A DNA stretch of 64,000 nt. It comes from Gracilinanus agilis (taxonomy: Eukaryota). Below the pieces are notes generated by a model. That model saw only the letters and a list, made by a program, of their open reading frames with translations, was not told the DNA's origin and did no database searches. The stretch is taken from NCBI RefSeq assembly GCF_016433145.1, contig NC_058132.1, forward strand, positions 648,301,885 through 648,365,884, given 5' to 3'. Position numbers and translations under genes: made by a program. Every line of letters begins with the position of its first letter. Position 1 is the stretch's first letter. Positions 47,701-59,700 of this stretch are shown piece after piece.

Positions 47701-50700
47701 AAAAGACAAAATGCATCATTTCAATTCTATAAAAAATAAAATTTTTTAACCCTCACCTTCTGTCTTAGGATCAATTCTGTGTATTGGTTCTAAGGCAGAA
47801 GAGTGGTTAGGGCTAGGCAGTGGGGGTGAAGTGACTTGCCCAGGGTCACATAGTTGGGAAGTGTCTGAGGCCAGATTTGAACCCAGGACCTCCCGTCTCT
47901 AGGCCTGACTCTCAATCCACTGAGCTACCCAGCTGCCCCCTCAGTTCTATAAAATTTTAAAGATTTTGCATGAACAAAATCAATGGAACAAGAATAAGGA
48001 ATAAAAACTCTTCATATCGAATATCTCTGACATCGAAAATATGTGAGGAATAAATACAAAACCCTGTGGTGGTCTCTGATGGGGTGGTGGCTCTGATGGA
48101 CAATTAATCCTTTCCCCTCCCATCTTCTCCAGGAGATTACTTCCTCAACCATCTCCCCTGCCATCTCTCTCCCTTCTCTTCTTTCCCTCTCTCTGTGTTC
48201 TCTGTNNNNNNNNNNNNNNNNNNNNNNNNNNNNNNNNNNNNNNNNNNNNNNNNNNNNNNNNNNNNNNNNNNNNNNNNNNNNNNNNNNNNNNNNNNNNNNN
48301 NNNNNNNNNNNNNNNNNNNNNNNNNNNNNNNNNNNNNNNNNNNNNNNNNNNNNNNNNNNNNNNNNNNNNNNNNNNNNNNNNNNNNNNNNNNNNNNNNNNN
48401 NNNNNNNNNNNNNNNNNNNNNNNNNNNNNNNCTCTCCCTGCTCCCCCCTCATTCCATCTATATTCTATCTTCTGGTTCCTTCCTTGCTGCCTTCCTGTAC
48501 TCTCAACTCTTCCCAGTCCTTAATACAAGCCCTCGTCAGACCCTCCCATCTCAAGTTACTGTCTCTCTCCCCTCCCTTAGACAGTCAAACTGGTAGAAGG
48601 CTCCTTCACCTGTTGCCTCCCCTTCCTCTCTTCTCATTCACTCGCCCACCATCTACTCTGGCTCCTGTTATAAAGAAAGAGTACCTACTGCCCTGTCAAT
48701 CAAGGTGAGACCAGCATTTCTCAGAGTTTGAATACAACACTCCCAACCCCATCATTTAGCCACTGCCAATGATCTCTTCAATGACAAATCTGCTGGCCTC
48801 TCCATCCTCCTCTTTCCCCAACTTGCTGCATTATTAAAGCCACGGATCACGTCTCCTCCATATTTGGGGTGTGCCTGGGACCTCTTCTCCTCTCTCTGCA
48901 CTCTTTCATTTGGTGACGTTATCCGTTCCCATTGTTGTAATTGTCTTCTCCATGTTGATGGCTTTTCTCTGATCTAGAAATCCAACTCTAGTATCTATCT
49001 AGAACTATGCTCGGCCATTTCTAGATGCTTTTTACCTGTTTCAAACGGGGTTCTCCACAAGCATATCAAATTCAACAGGTCCAAAAAAGAAAAAAAAAAC
49101 TCTTGTCTTCCCCCCACAATCTACTTCCTTTCTAAGCTTGCCCATTTCTGACAAGGGCATGACAGCTACTACTACCAAGATTCACAACCTTAGCATCTGT
49201 TTGACTCTGCATTCTCCCTCATCAATCCACTTAACTGGCGGATCTGTCATTTCTACCTCCAATTCATGAATACACAACCTCCTCCCTGCTCCAGAATCCA
49301 AAACTCTAACTGAAGGTCATCTCATTTCTCAACTGGATTCTTACAGTGCCTGCCATTTGGCCTCCCTGCTTTGTCTCTCTCCACTCCAATCTATACCCCA
49401 CATAAGCTGCCAAAATAATTTTTCTAAAATGCAAGTCTAACCATGTCCTTTCCTTATTTATTTGTTAACTTAAAAGTCCCAGGGAACTCCCATCCTCCTT
49501 CACTCCCTCACACCCTCCCCTTCCCTGCACTAGAGAAGGCATCATCTGACAAAAAGAGATAAGGAGATATAAAACTATGTCTTCCACATTTCCACGTGTC
49601 AGTTCTTTCTCTGGAAGTAGACATACACAAGGTCTTTTCAGACATTTCTGTTGCTGTGTGTCATGTTCTCTTGGTTCTGCTCATTTCACGCTCCATAATT
49701 TCATGTAGGTCATTCCATGTCCTTTTTTTTAATTAACCTGGGTGTCATTTCCTGAAGCACAATAGTATTCCATCACAATCATATGCTACACCTTGTTCAG
49801 CCATTCTCCAGTGGATGGGCAGCCTCAATTTACAGTTCTTTGCCATCACAAAGGGAGATGCTGGAAATATTTTAGAACATGGAGGTTCTTTTCCTTTCTC
49901 CCTCATCACGTTGGGAAATAAACCTANNNNNNNNNNNNNNNNNNNNNNNNNNNNNNNNNNNNNNNNNNNNNNNNNNNNNNNNNNNNNNNNNNNNNNNNNN
50001 NNNNNNNNNNNNNNNNNNNNNNNNNNNNNNNNNNNNNNNNNNNNNNNNNNNNNNNNNNNNNNNNNNNNNNNNNNNNNNNNCTCATGATCTGAACTTATTA
50101 TCATTATGTTAAAATTCAACAAAATAAAAACTCAATCATGAGATAAATTATATTTGATTACTTATGTCCATATACACACATTTATTTATATATCTGTGAT
50201 GTACCATATTGTACATGACATATATAATACATTTATCATATATATGTATGTATGTGTATGTGAGGAGGTGTGACAATTAAGTCATATGAACATATTATCT
50301 ATAAGTCAAATTGGAAGTTACTGATCCCCTGAAATATTACCTTTAATAGAGTCACCTCTAGAAGCTTTCTTCNTATATATATATATATACAGTTTTATAA
50401 CTCTGGGCATAATTCTAGATTGTTCTCCAAAACGGTCAGATTGAGACAAATTGATGCAGAGTGAAATAAGCAGAACCAGGAGAATATACACAGTAACTGA
50501 AAAAAAAATGGTATGATCAGTTCACAATCTTTCACATCCCCTCCAACATTTGTCATTTTCTTCTTTTATTTTTTTATAGAAGTGAAACACATTTTATTTT
50601 TAGAAAAAATTTTTCCATGGTTATTTGATTCATGTTCTTGTTCTCTCTCCTCCCCACCTCCCAGTAGCCAACGCACATTTCCACTGGTTTCTTACTGTGT

Positions 50701-53700
50701 CATAGATCAAGACCTATTTCCATATTATTGATAATTGTTCTAGGGTGGTCATTAAGAGTCTACATCCTAAATGTGTCTGCATCAACCCATGTGTTCAAGC
50801 AATTGTTTTTCTTCTGTGCTATCACTCCTGTAGTTCTTCCTCTGAATGTGGGTAGTGTTCTTTTCCATAAATCCCTCAGAATTGTCCTGGGTCATTGCGT
50901 TGCTGCTAGTACAGAAGTCTATTACATTCTATTTTACCACAGTGTATCCGTCTCTGTGTACAATGTTCTCCTGGTTCTGCTCCTTTCACTCTGCATCAAT
51001 TCCTGGAGTCATTCCAGTTCACATGGAATTCCTCCAGTTTATTATTACTTTGAGCACAATATTCCATCACCAACCACAATTTGTTCAGCCATTCCCCAAT
51101 TGACGGGCATCCCCTCGTTTTCCAGTTTTTTGACACCACAAAGAGAGCAGCTATAAATATTTTTGTATAGTCTTTTTATCTATGATCTCTTTGGGATATA
51201 AACCCAGCAATGGTATGGCTGGATCAAAGGGCAGGCATTCTTTTAGTGCTCTTTAGGCATAATTCCAAATTGCCATCCAGAATGATTGGATCAATTCACA
51301 ACTCCACCAGCGATGCATTAATGTCCCAATTTTGCCACATCCCCTCCAACATTTATTACTCTCCCCTGCTATCATTTTAGCCAGTCTGTTAGGTGTGAGA
51401 AAGGATTCCTAATACTTTCTAGTGTTTTCAATAGAAATGGGTGTTGTATTTTATCAAAGGCTTTTTCAGCATCTATTGAGATAATCATGTGATTTTTGTT
51501 TGTTAGTTTATTGATATGGTCAATTATGTGGATGGTTTTCCTAATGTTGAACCATCCTTGCCTTCCTGGTGTAAATCCCACTTGATCATGATGAATAACC
51601 CACTTGATCACTTGCTGGAGTCTTTTTGTTAATATTCTATTTAAGATTTTTGGATCTATGTTCATTAGGGAGATTGGTCTGTAGTTTTCTTTCTCTGTTT
51701 TTGGTCTGCCCGGCTTTGGAATCAGTACCATATTTGTGTCATGAAAGGAATTTGTTAGGACTCCTTCTTTGCTTATTATATCAAATAATTTGTATAGTAT
51801 TGGTATTAGTTGTTCTTTGAATGTTTGATAGAATTCACTTGTGAATCCATCAGGCCCTGGCGAATTTTTCTTAGGGAGTTCTTTGATGGCTTATTCAATT
51901 TCTTTTTCTGATATGGGATTATTTAAGTATTCTATTTCTTCTGCTGTTAATCTAGGCAGTTAATATTTTTGTAAATATTCGTCCATATCAACTAGATTGA
52001 TATATTTATTGCCAATTCAATTCTAAGACAGAAAGCAATAGCTTTTTAAAAATTTAATTCCTTTGATATTCTTGACACTTAATAAAATATTTTTTATAAT
52101 TTAATTCAGATTTCATTGAATAAGTATATAGGTTTAGGTACGATTATCTTTTAATTATATTAGCTCTGCCCACCCATGAACATTAATGTTTCTCCAATTA
52201 TTTAAACCTGACTTTATTTCTATAAAAAGTGTTTTATAATTATATTTGTATAGTCCCTGGGTTTGTTTTGGGAGGTATATTCTTAGGCATTTTATTCTAT
52301 CTTTGGTTATTTAAAATGGGTTATCCTTTACTATCTCTTTTTGTAAGATTTTGTTGATGATATATAGAAATGCTGATGATTTATAGGGATTTATTCTATA
52401 TTCCACTACTTTGCTAAAATGATCAATAGTCTCAGCTAATCTTTTAGTTGCATATCTAGGATTTTCTTTTTTTTCAAACCCTTACCTTCTGTCTTAGAAT
52501 CAATACTAGGTATTGGTTACAAGGCAGAAAAGTGGTAAGTGGCCATGGGGATTAAGTGATTTTCCCAGGGTCACCCAACTAGGAAGTGTCTGAGGCCAGA
52601 TTTGAACCCAGAAAACCTCCCAATTCCAAACCTGGCTTTCTATCCACTGAACCACCTAGCTGCCCCTCTAGGATTTTCCATATTTACCATCCTATCATCT
52701 GTGAAAAGATAATTTCATTAATTTTTTGCCCATTCTGATTCCTTCCATTTCTTTTTCTTCTCTTATTGCTATTGCGAGGACTTCTAATACAATATTAACT
52801 AATATTGGTGATAATGAGCATTTGTTTCACTTCTGATCTTATAGGGAAGGTTTCTCACTCATCTCCATTGCTCAAGATGTTTGCTGATATATAGGTATAT
52901 ACTTCTCATCATTTTAAGGACAAACCCACTCATACCTATGCTTCCAAGTGTTTCTAATAGGAATGAGGGTTGTTATATTGAAACTAAAGCTGTATTTGAT
53001 CAGCTAAAGCTGTTATATTTTTTAAACTATTTTTTATGTCTGGATAGAAGACTGGAAGCAGTTTGCTATACCATTGAAACTGTTTGTTCTATGAGGAGAG
53101 GTGAGGATAAGAACAGGAGTTAGGAATAGGATAGGAAATCTCTTAACCTTATACTAAAATATCTAAATAAAACCCCCCAAAATCTGTTTTCTTTGCAGCT
53201 TCTTCTTGCCTGCAAGCAGGCCTCCTTAAACTATTCTCACTAAACTAAGATTAAAATTCTAACTATACCTATGCTAAACAATGAATCTTAAATTGATAAT
53301 GAACTCCTTAAAGTAATACATGAAAAACCAAAAACTGCCTGAAGTCAAGTGTCAGATGTAACTGTTAGAATCTCTTGGCAGAGAGACACTGGCCCAAGCC
53401 CTGCTACCAAGTCAGAGCAAGTGGACAGAGCCTCCTCTGGCAGCTTCTTCTCCCTTCAGGAGTAAAGCTCTCCAGAATCAGACTTTAACTAAAATTCATA
53501 GGTGTATCTGAAAAGTAACTCTCTCAAATAACTAACAGATTTTCTTTGTCTTAGAGAATGGTCAAGCAACCTGCTCCCAAGGAAGTCAGAGAGCCTGGAG
53601 CCCAGAACTAACTGAATTTTCTCTTTTATGATAGGACTCTTAAAGTGATAGAGGGCAAGAGCTATCTGCTCTGTCTTTTAAAGCAAATGAAGTGAGATTA

Positions 53701-56700
53701 CTTAATTTCCTCTAACCTAGAAATTCTGCTCCTAAGGAGAAAGAGCAAACATTAAATAAGTTCCTTATAACAGGGTTGTATTTTTGTCAAAAGACTTATC
53801 AGTATCTACAAACATAATCATATGGTTTTTCTTCCTCTCATTGTTGTCATCCCTCCCTTATTCAGTAACCTCCAGTGGCTCCCTGTAATCTCTAGGACCA
53901 GATGTGACTTCTCTCTTTGAACCATAAAGACCCTCACCATCTGGTTTCCCTCCAAAGTCTTCCTGGCTTTTTTGCACATCACACCCTTCTCCTACTCTAT
54001 AATCCAGACAAATGGACTTCTTGCTGTTCCTAAGCCATGACACTCTGTCTCTCATCCCCATATCCTTGCATGGTCTCCCTCTGTACCACCGTAATACCTC
54101 TTAGAATGCCTCGTTTCCCTCCAAATGCTGCCCAAGCCCCATCTCCTACAGGATTCCCGCCATCTTCTACAGCCCTCCCTCCAAGAAATGTGTTTCATGT
54201 GTCTTTTACATAAACTTGTCTGTTGATTTGTATATCTTCATTTGGGTCTAATTCCCCAGCCCCAGCACACAGTGCCTCATCAATGTTTGGGGACTATTTG
54301 AAACAGAAGAAGAATCATTCCCAAAGACCAAAGAAAATGAACCATTTTTTGAAGAGGAAATTAGAACTATCAACAATGACTCAAACAAGAGACCAAAATC
54401 CCAAAAGAAAAATGTAAATTAAAAGTTTTTCTCCATCCCATCAGATTGGCAAAGAGGGAAAAAGTGAGAAAAATGCACTGTTGGAGAAACTCAGGAACAC
54501 AGAGTAAGCCAGGTGAGACAATGGATAGAGAACTGGACTTGGGATCAGGAAAACTTGAGTTTAAATCTACCTCAGAACTTCCTAGCTGTAATACCACTAC
54601 TAGGTTTGTACCTCAAAGAGATAATAAAAATGTTTGTACAAAAATATTCGTAACCACTCTCTTTGTGGTGGCAAAAAATGGGAAATGAGGGAGTGTCCCT
54701 CAATTGGGGAATGGCTGAACAAACTGTGGTATCTGACAGTGATGGAATACTACTGTGCTATAAGGAATAATGAACTGCTAGATTTCTTATGTGAAGATAG
54801 GATTAACTCTCCCCTTGCCTATCTTAGCTAATCAAATCAAGAACTTAGAGTACCCATACTTGACACTGAGTAAGAGAGTTCACAAGTCACTTACTAGAGT
54901 GGCTGACAACTGCGATTGGTTCTCGTAAAGTGGGGAAGGGACAGGAAGTGGCATGGAAAAAGGATTATAAAAAGTCCTGAACTTCCTGTCCAAGGGACTT
55001 CTCCTTTGAACTTCTTCTCCTTTGGAGTTCTCTCTGTGTTGGTGAGCTAGACTGAAGGAGAAGACTCTTTCCCTAGAGCACATGTCAACTTGCTGGGTCA
55101 GTAGCTGGCCTTCCTTTCCTGGCTTCTTGAGAGAATGGTTCTGGAGAGGCCTTCCTTTCCTGGAGGAGGCTGCATTGGTAGAACCCTTGCTGAAAATACC
55201 ACCAGGACCTCCTGGCTTAAGAGACTACCACAGCTCCATGTGGAGATGGAGACTTGAGAGCTCTTGCTGGGTGGTGAGCTGGACTTCTTCAGACAGAAAT
55301 TACAGGGTATCTAGCTAGGCAATACTTTCTACTTCCTTCCTACACTTCTCTCTTTTACTATACCTCTGTTAAACTAAATTGTTAAGAGTGGCTAAAAGAC
55401 TCATGACTTGAGTTAATTTTTTAAATCAGTGACCATAATATTACTTTAGAATTCTCATATTAGCATAAAACTGAAATTTTAATTTCTTACATATTGTAAT
55501 GTGGGTACTATTAGGAATAGCCAAGGGGCCTAGGCAGATGTTTGATGATGGAATATGAAAGGGAGGGAGTCCCTAACCATGACTGTGTGTGTGTGTGTGT
55601 GTGTGTTTGTGTGTGTGTGTGATATAACCTCCCACAGCAGCAGGGTCAGGTCTCTTTAAGCCCAAGATTCTCTGCCTCAGACCCAGACCTTGGAACCAAT
55701 CCAGTAAAGACAGTTGGAAATGTTTCCAGGAAGCAGATGGAAACTTCCTGAAACCTAAAATCGAAATGGATAGACTGGCTTGGAAAGGCTTGCTCAATTA
55801 AGTTGTAATGCAGATCTGACTGCTATTAAAGGATGGTTGATGGTAAGGAAGCAAGGCTCCAAGATTGTTTAGGCTTAAGGTTAACCAGGGTTTATTTGTA
55901 ATTAAACAGAGGGAAGGGAAGGGTAGGTAGGTGGGCGAAGGAAACCCTAAGACCTTGCCTAAATTGTTGATGTTGATTAATCTTGAAGCACTAGTTGATG
56001 TTCCCTAGGAGCAGAGTAATGAGACAGTCTTGAGGGCAAACCCCAACTCTGTTGCTTGTTGCTGAGCCCAGAGGCTGGGAAGCCCCTGGGTCAGTTGCAG
56101 TCATTCTTGCTTGTAGCTGTTCTCTCTAGCTGGTATGTAAGGATGTTGTCTATGCCAAGGAAGTATTGAATATTAGCTATCAATGGAATTAGTTCCTACC
56201 TGTCCCAAACCACCCTGGGGGCCCCAAACCCAGCTTCCTCCCTAACCCTGCAGGTGAGTCAGAGAAGTGAAGCTCCCAGGGTTTTGAGGACCCCCTTTTA
56301 TACCCTGTCCTTAACTGACACCCTGTCACACGGCCTGGGTGCTCTGCCATGTTCCGTGTTCCAAAGTGGCAACTGCCAGCTTGCCCACCCAGAAATATAG
56401 CTGCTCATTTCTGCATATTACAATATATGAACTGGAATGACCTCCAGAAACTGATGCAGAGTGAAATGAGCAGAATCAGGAGAACATTGAACACAGAGAC
56501 TGATACATTGTGGCAATATCAAATGTAACTGACTTTACTACTAGTAGCAATGCAGTGACCCAGGACAATCCTGAGGGATTTAGGAGAAAGAATGTATCCA
56601 CATCAAGAGAAAGAACTGTGGGAGCAGAAAAACAGAAGAAAAGCTATGATCTATCACTTGTTTATATGGATATAGGATGTGGGGTTTAGGTTTTAAAAGA

Positions 56701-59700
56701 TGACTCAATTACAAAAATGAATAATATGGAATTAGGTATCAAGGGTTAACATGTGTATAACCCAGTACAATTGCTTATCAGCTCCAGGAAAGGGGAGAGA
56801 AGAAGGGAGGGAGAGAAAATGAATCATGTAACCATGGAAAATATTTAAAAATAAAAAAGAACTTCCTAGCTGTGTGACCCCAGGCAAGTCACTTAATTTC
56901 TGTTCACCTCAGTTTATTCATCTATAAAATGGGAGTAATGACTGCACCAACCTCCCAGAAATGTTGTGAGAATTAAATTAGGTCATTGTAAAGCACTTAG
57001 TACAATGCCTGGCATGTGGTAAGCACTGTATAAAAGTTATTATTGGCATTATTACATAAGCACACTAATTCACTGCTGGAAGGGCCATGAAGAAATTCAA
57101 CCATTCTAGAAAACAGTTCAGAATGATTTTTTTTTTAATTTTTAACCCTTGTACTTCGGTGTATTGTCTCATAGGTGGAAGATTGGTAAGGGTGGGCAAT
57201 GGGGGTCAAGTGACTTGCCCAGGGTCACACAACTGGGAAGTGGCTGAGGCCGGGTTTGAACCTAGGACCTCCTGTCTCTAGGCCTGACTCTCACTCCACT
57301 GAGCTACCCAGCTGCCCCCAGAATGATTTTTTAAAAGTGGCCAAGCTCTCCTATCCTCCTGATCGAAGGGTCTCCCTCCTAGCGTATATTCCAAGGAGGT
57401 CAGCCACAGAAAGAAAGGGCCCAGACAACATATCCTAACAGCCCTATTCACAGGATCAAAGATGAGAAATAAAGTCAGCTTCCAACAGTTGGGGCTAGTT
57501 GGACAAATTATGGAAAAGGAATGAAATGAATGAATGAGAGGAATATAGGAATAAGAATGCATTCAATGGAACATTAGTGGCTTCAAGGAATATGAAGAGT
57601 TCAGGGAAACACAGAAAAGCTTATAAGAAGCAAACTAAATGGATGGAGAGCCAGGTCTAGGGATGGGAGGTCCTGAGTTCAAATCTGACCTTAGACACTT
57701 CCTAGCTGGGTGACCCTGGGCAAGTCACTTTACCCCCATTGCCTAGCCCTGACCACTCTTCTGCCGTAGAGCCAATACACAATATTGATCCTAAGATGGA
57801 AGTGAGGGTTTTAAAAAAAAAAGAAGCAAAGCAGAGTGAAGAAAACAAAGCCAAAAACAAACCCACCAACATACTGTTGGCCAGGACATTTTCACATGAT
57901 AATACACCATATTGGACATACTGTATTGCATATGGTGTATCGTGTTGTATGATACATTGCTAATAACAATGCTGAATAAGAGCACCAAGAAGAGGTCACA
58001 AGAGTGAGGTCGATTATGCTGGGAAATGGTGGTTCTAGATGTGTGAAGGCCTGGTTACGTGTCCTTCCTTTTTCAGGGGAAAGCAGCACAAAGTGTCAGT
58101 GTGGCTCTGCCCTGTGGTTTGACTTCACAGTTTTATGGAAAGGTTCTCGCCTGCTGGGCCGGGTGTTATTGGGAAGTGACTGATGTGTCACAACAATGGG
58201 TTATTAATACAAATAAATTAAAACCACAACTTCCCCAGCACAGGACCTCCCGGGCCCTTGTATATCTAATCTCCTGGTACATCAGAGACGGAAGGAAGCG
58301 GGGCATTGCAGAGAGGAGGACACCCTGGACCACAGGGAGGTGCTGGTGAGTGGTCCCTCCTTCCATCGGTGCCTCTGCTACCCTGGTAGAGATCCATACC
58401 TTCTCCCTTTCTCTTCCCCCTGGCCCAGGCAGATCAGGTCCTCAGAGGAGCATCTGCTTCTCCTCTCAGGATTCTGAATGATCATAGCCCTCTCATATTG
58501 TGGTCGTGGGTCCCCATCTGTACCCTTCCCCTCACAACCAGCCCAGAGACTCAACTAGACTTTTAGAGAAGCTATTGATTCAAATGATAGAGCAAAAATA
58601 ATAATAATTGCTGGAATTAATACAGTGCTCATTTAAGTATGCCTTATGGATATTATATCATCCGATCCTCATAATACCCCTGTGAAGTAGGTGATATTAC
58701 TATTCTCATTTTACAGATAAGGAAACTGAGGCTGAGTGAGTGCAGGGACTTGGCAGGTGGCCTAGCTGTAAGCATCTAAGGAAGAATTTGAACTCAGGTC
58801 TTATGACTCTACATCTAATTCTTGCACCCACTTCCCCAACAAGCTACCCAGGAATTATAAGGCATTTCCTTCCCCCCCCCCCACTGCCATACCTGGGTAC
58901 ACTCTCCCACAAATACCCCCTAAGACCATGGGGAGACGAACAAGCCCCAACAGAGAGGGAGCCCACCCGGCCAAGAGGAGCCTGGAAGTTCAAGGCCTCG
59001 GGGTCCTTTCTTTCTCCTGAGGGTCCTCCCACAGCTCTCTGCTGGCTATGGCATTGAGGGTGGAGGAGTGTCACTGCCCTCCACTTAGAGATGGCATGGA
59101 CAGGGAACAAGGTCTTGCTCTTTCTGGCCTCCCTGTGCCAGACCCTCTACTGTGGCCAAGGAGCCAAGTTCTGCCTGCCAGGACCAGAGCTTGAATGCGG
59201 GAATGGGCTCAGCATCTCCCTCTTGGCAAGACTGTCTAAACCTGCTCTCTTTGCCCCACTGCTAAGTGTGGGGGACACCCTAAGACGAGGCCCCCTGACT
59301 CCATTTGAGCAGAGGGCACTCTTCCCCTCTCCAGACAGCAGCCCTGGAGGCTGGCCATGTGGCCTGGACCCCCACAGCTCTCTTCCCAAACTCCAGTCCT
59401 CCCCACACCCCCATGTTGGTTTTTAGCACTCATCCAGCCCACTGGACCTTCCCAAAGAGTCCCAGGCCAGGCCTGGCCCAGCCCCAATCCATCCTGGGCC
59501 AGCAATTTCCTGTTTATCTGTGATGAGTCACCCATCCCCTGGTGCCCGCACACCTCCCTGGGCCCTGGTCCCCAGTGAGTCATCTTCAAAGGCCTTTAGG
59601 AAGCCCGCCTGAATGCATGTTTCACAATAGAAAAAAAATAAAGAAATACTTGAAACATCCAGTAAATGATGGCGGAAAATGCTCCCCTTCACAGGGGCCA

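Larger units (their letters stand above)
49440..53830 (-). mobile_element. Cluster of L1 fragments, including an RT-domain remnant, interrupted by a SINE and a solo LTR
   Basis: ORF 51372-51731: LIPKPGR...[11 protein letters not shown]...HHDQVGF...[19 protein letters not shown]. Limits approximate. Confidence 0.88.
54280..56860 (+). mobile_element. L1 3' end split by LTRs A and B
   Basis: L1 sequence stops at gatttctta (54789) and resumes at atatatgaactgg (56423). Confidence 0.8.
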
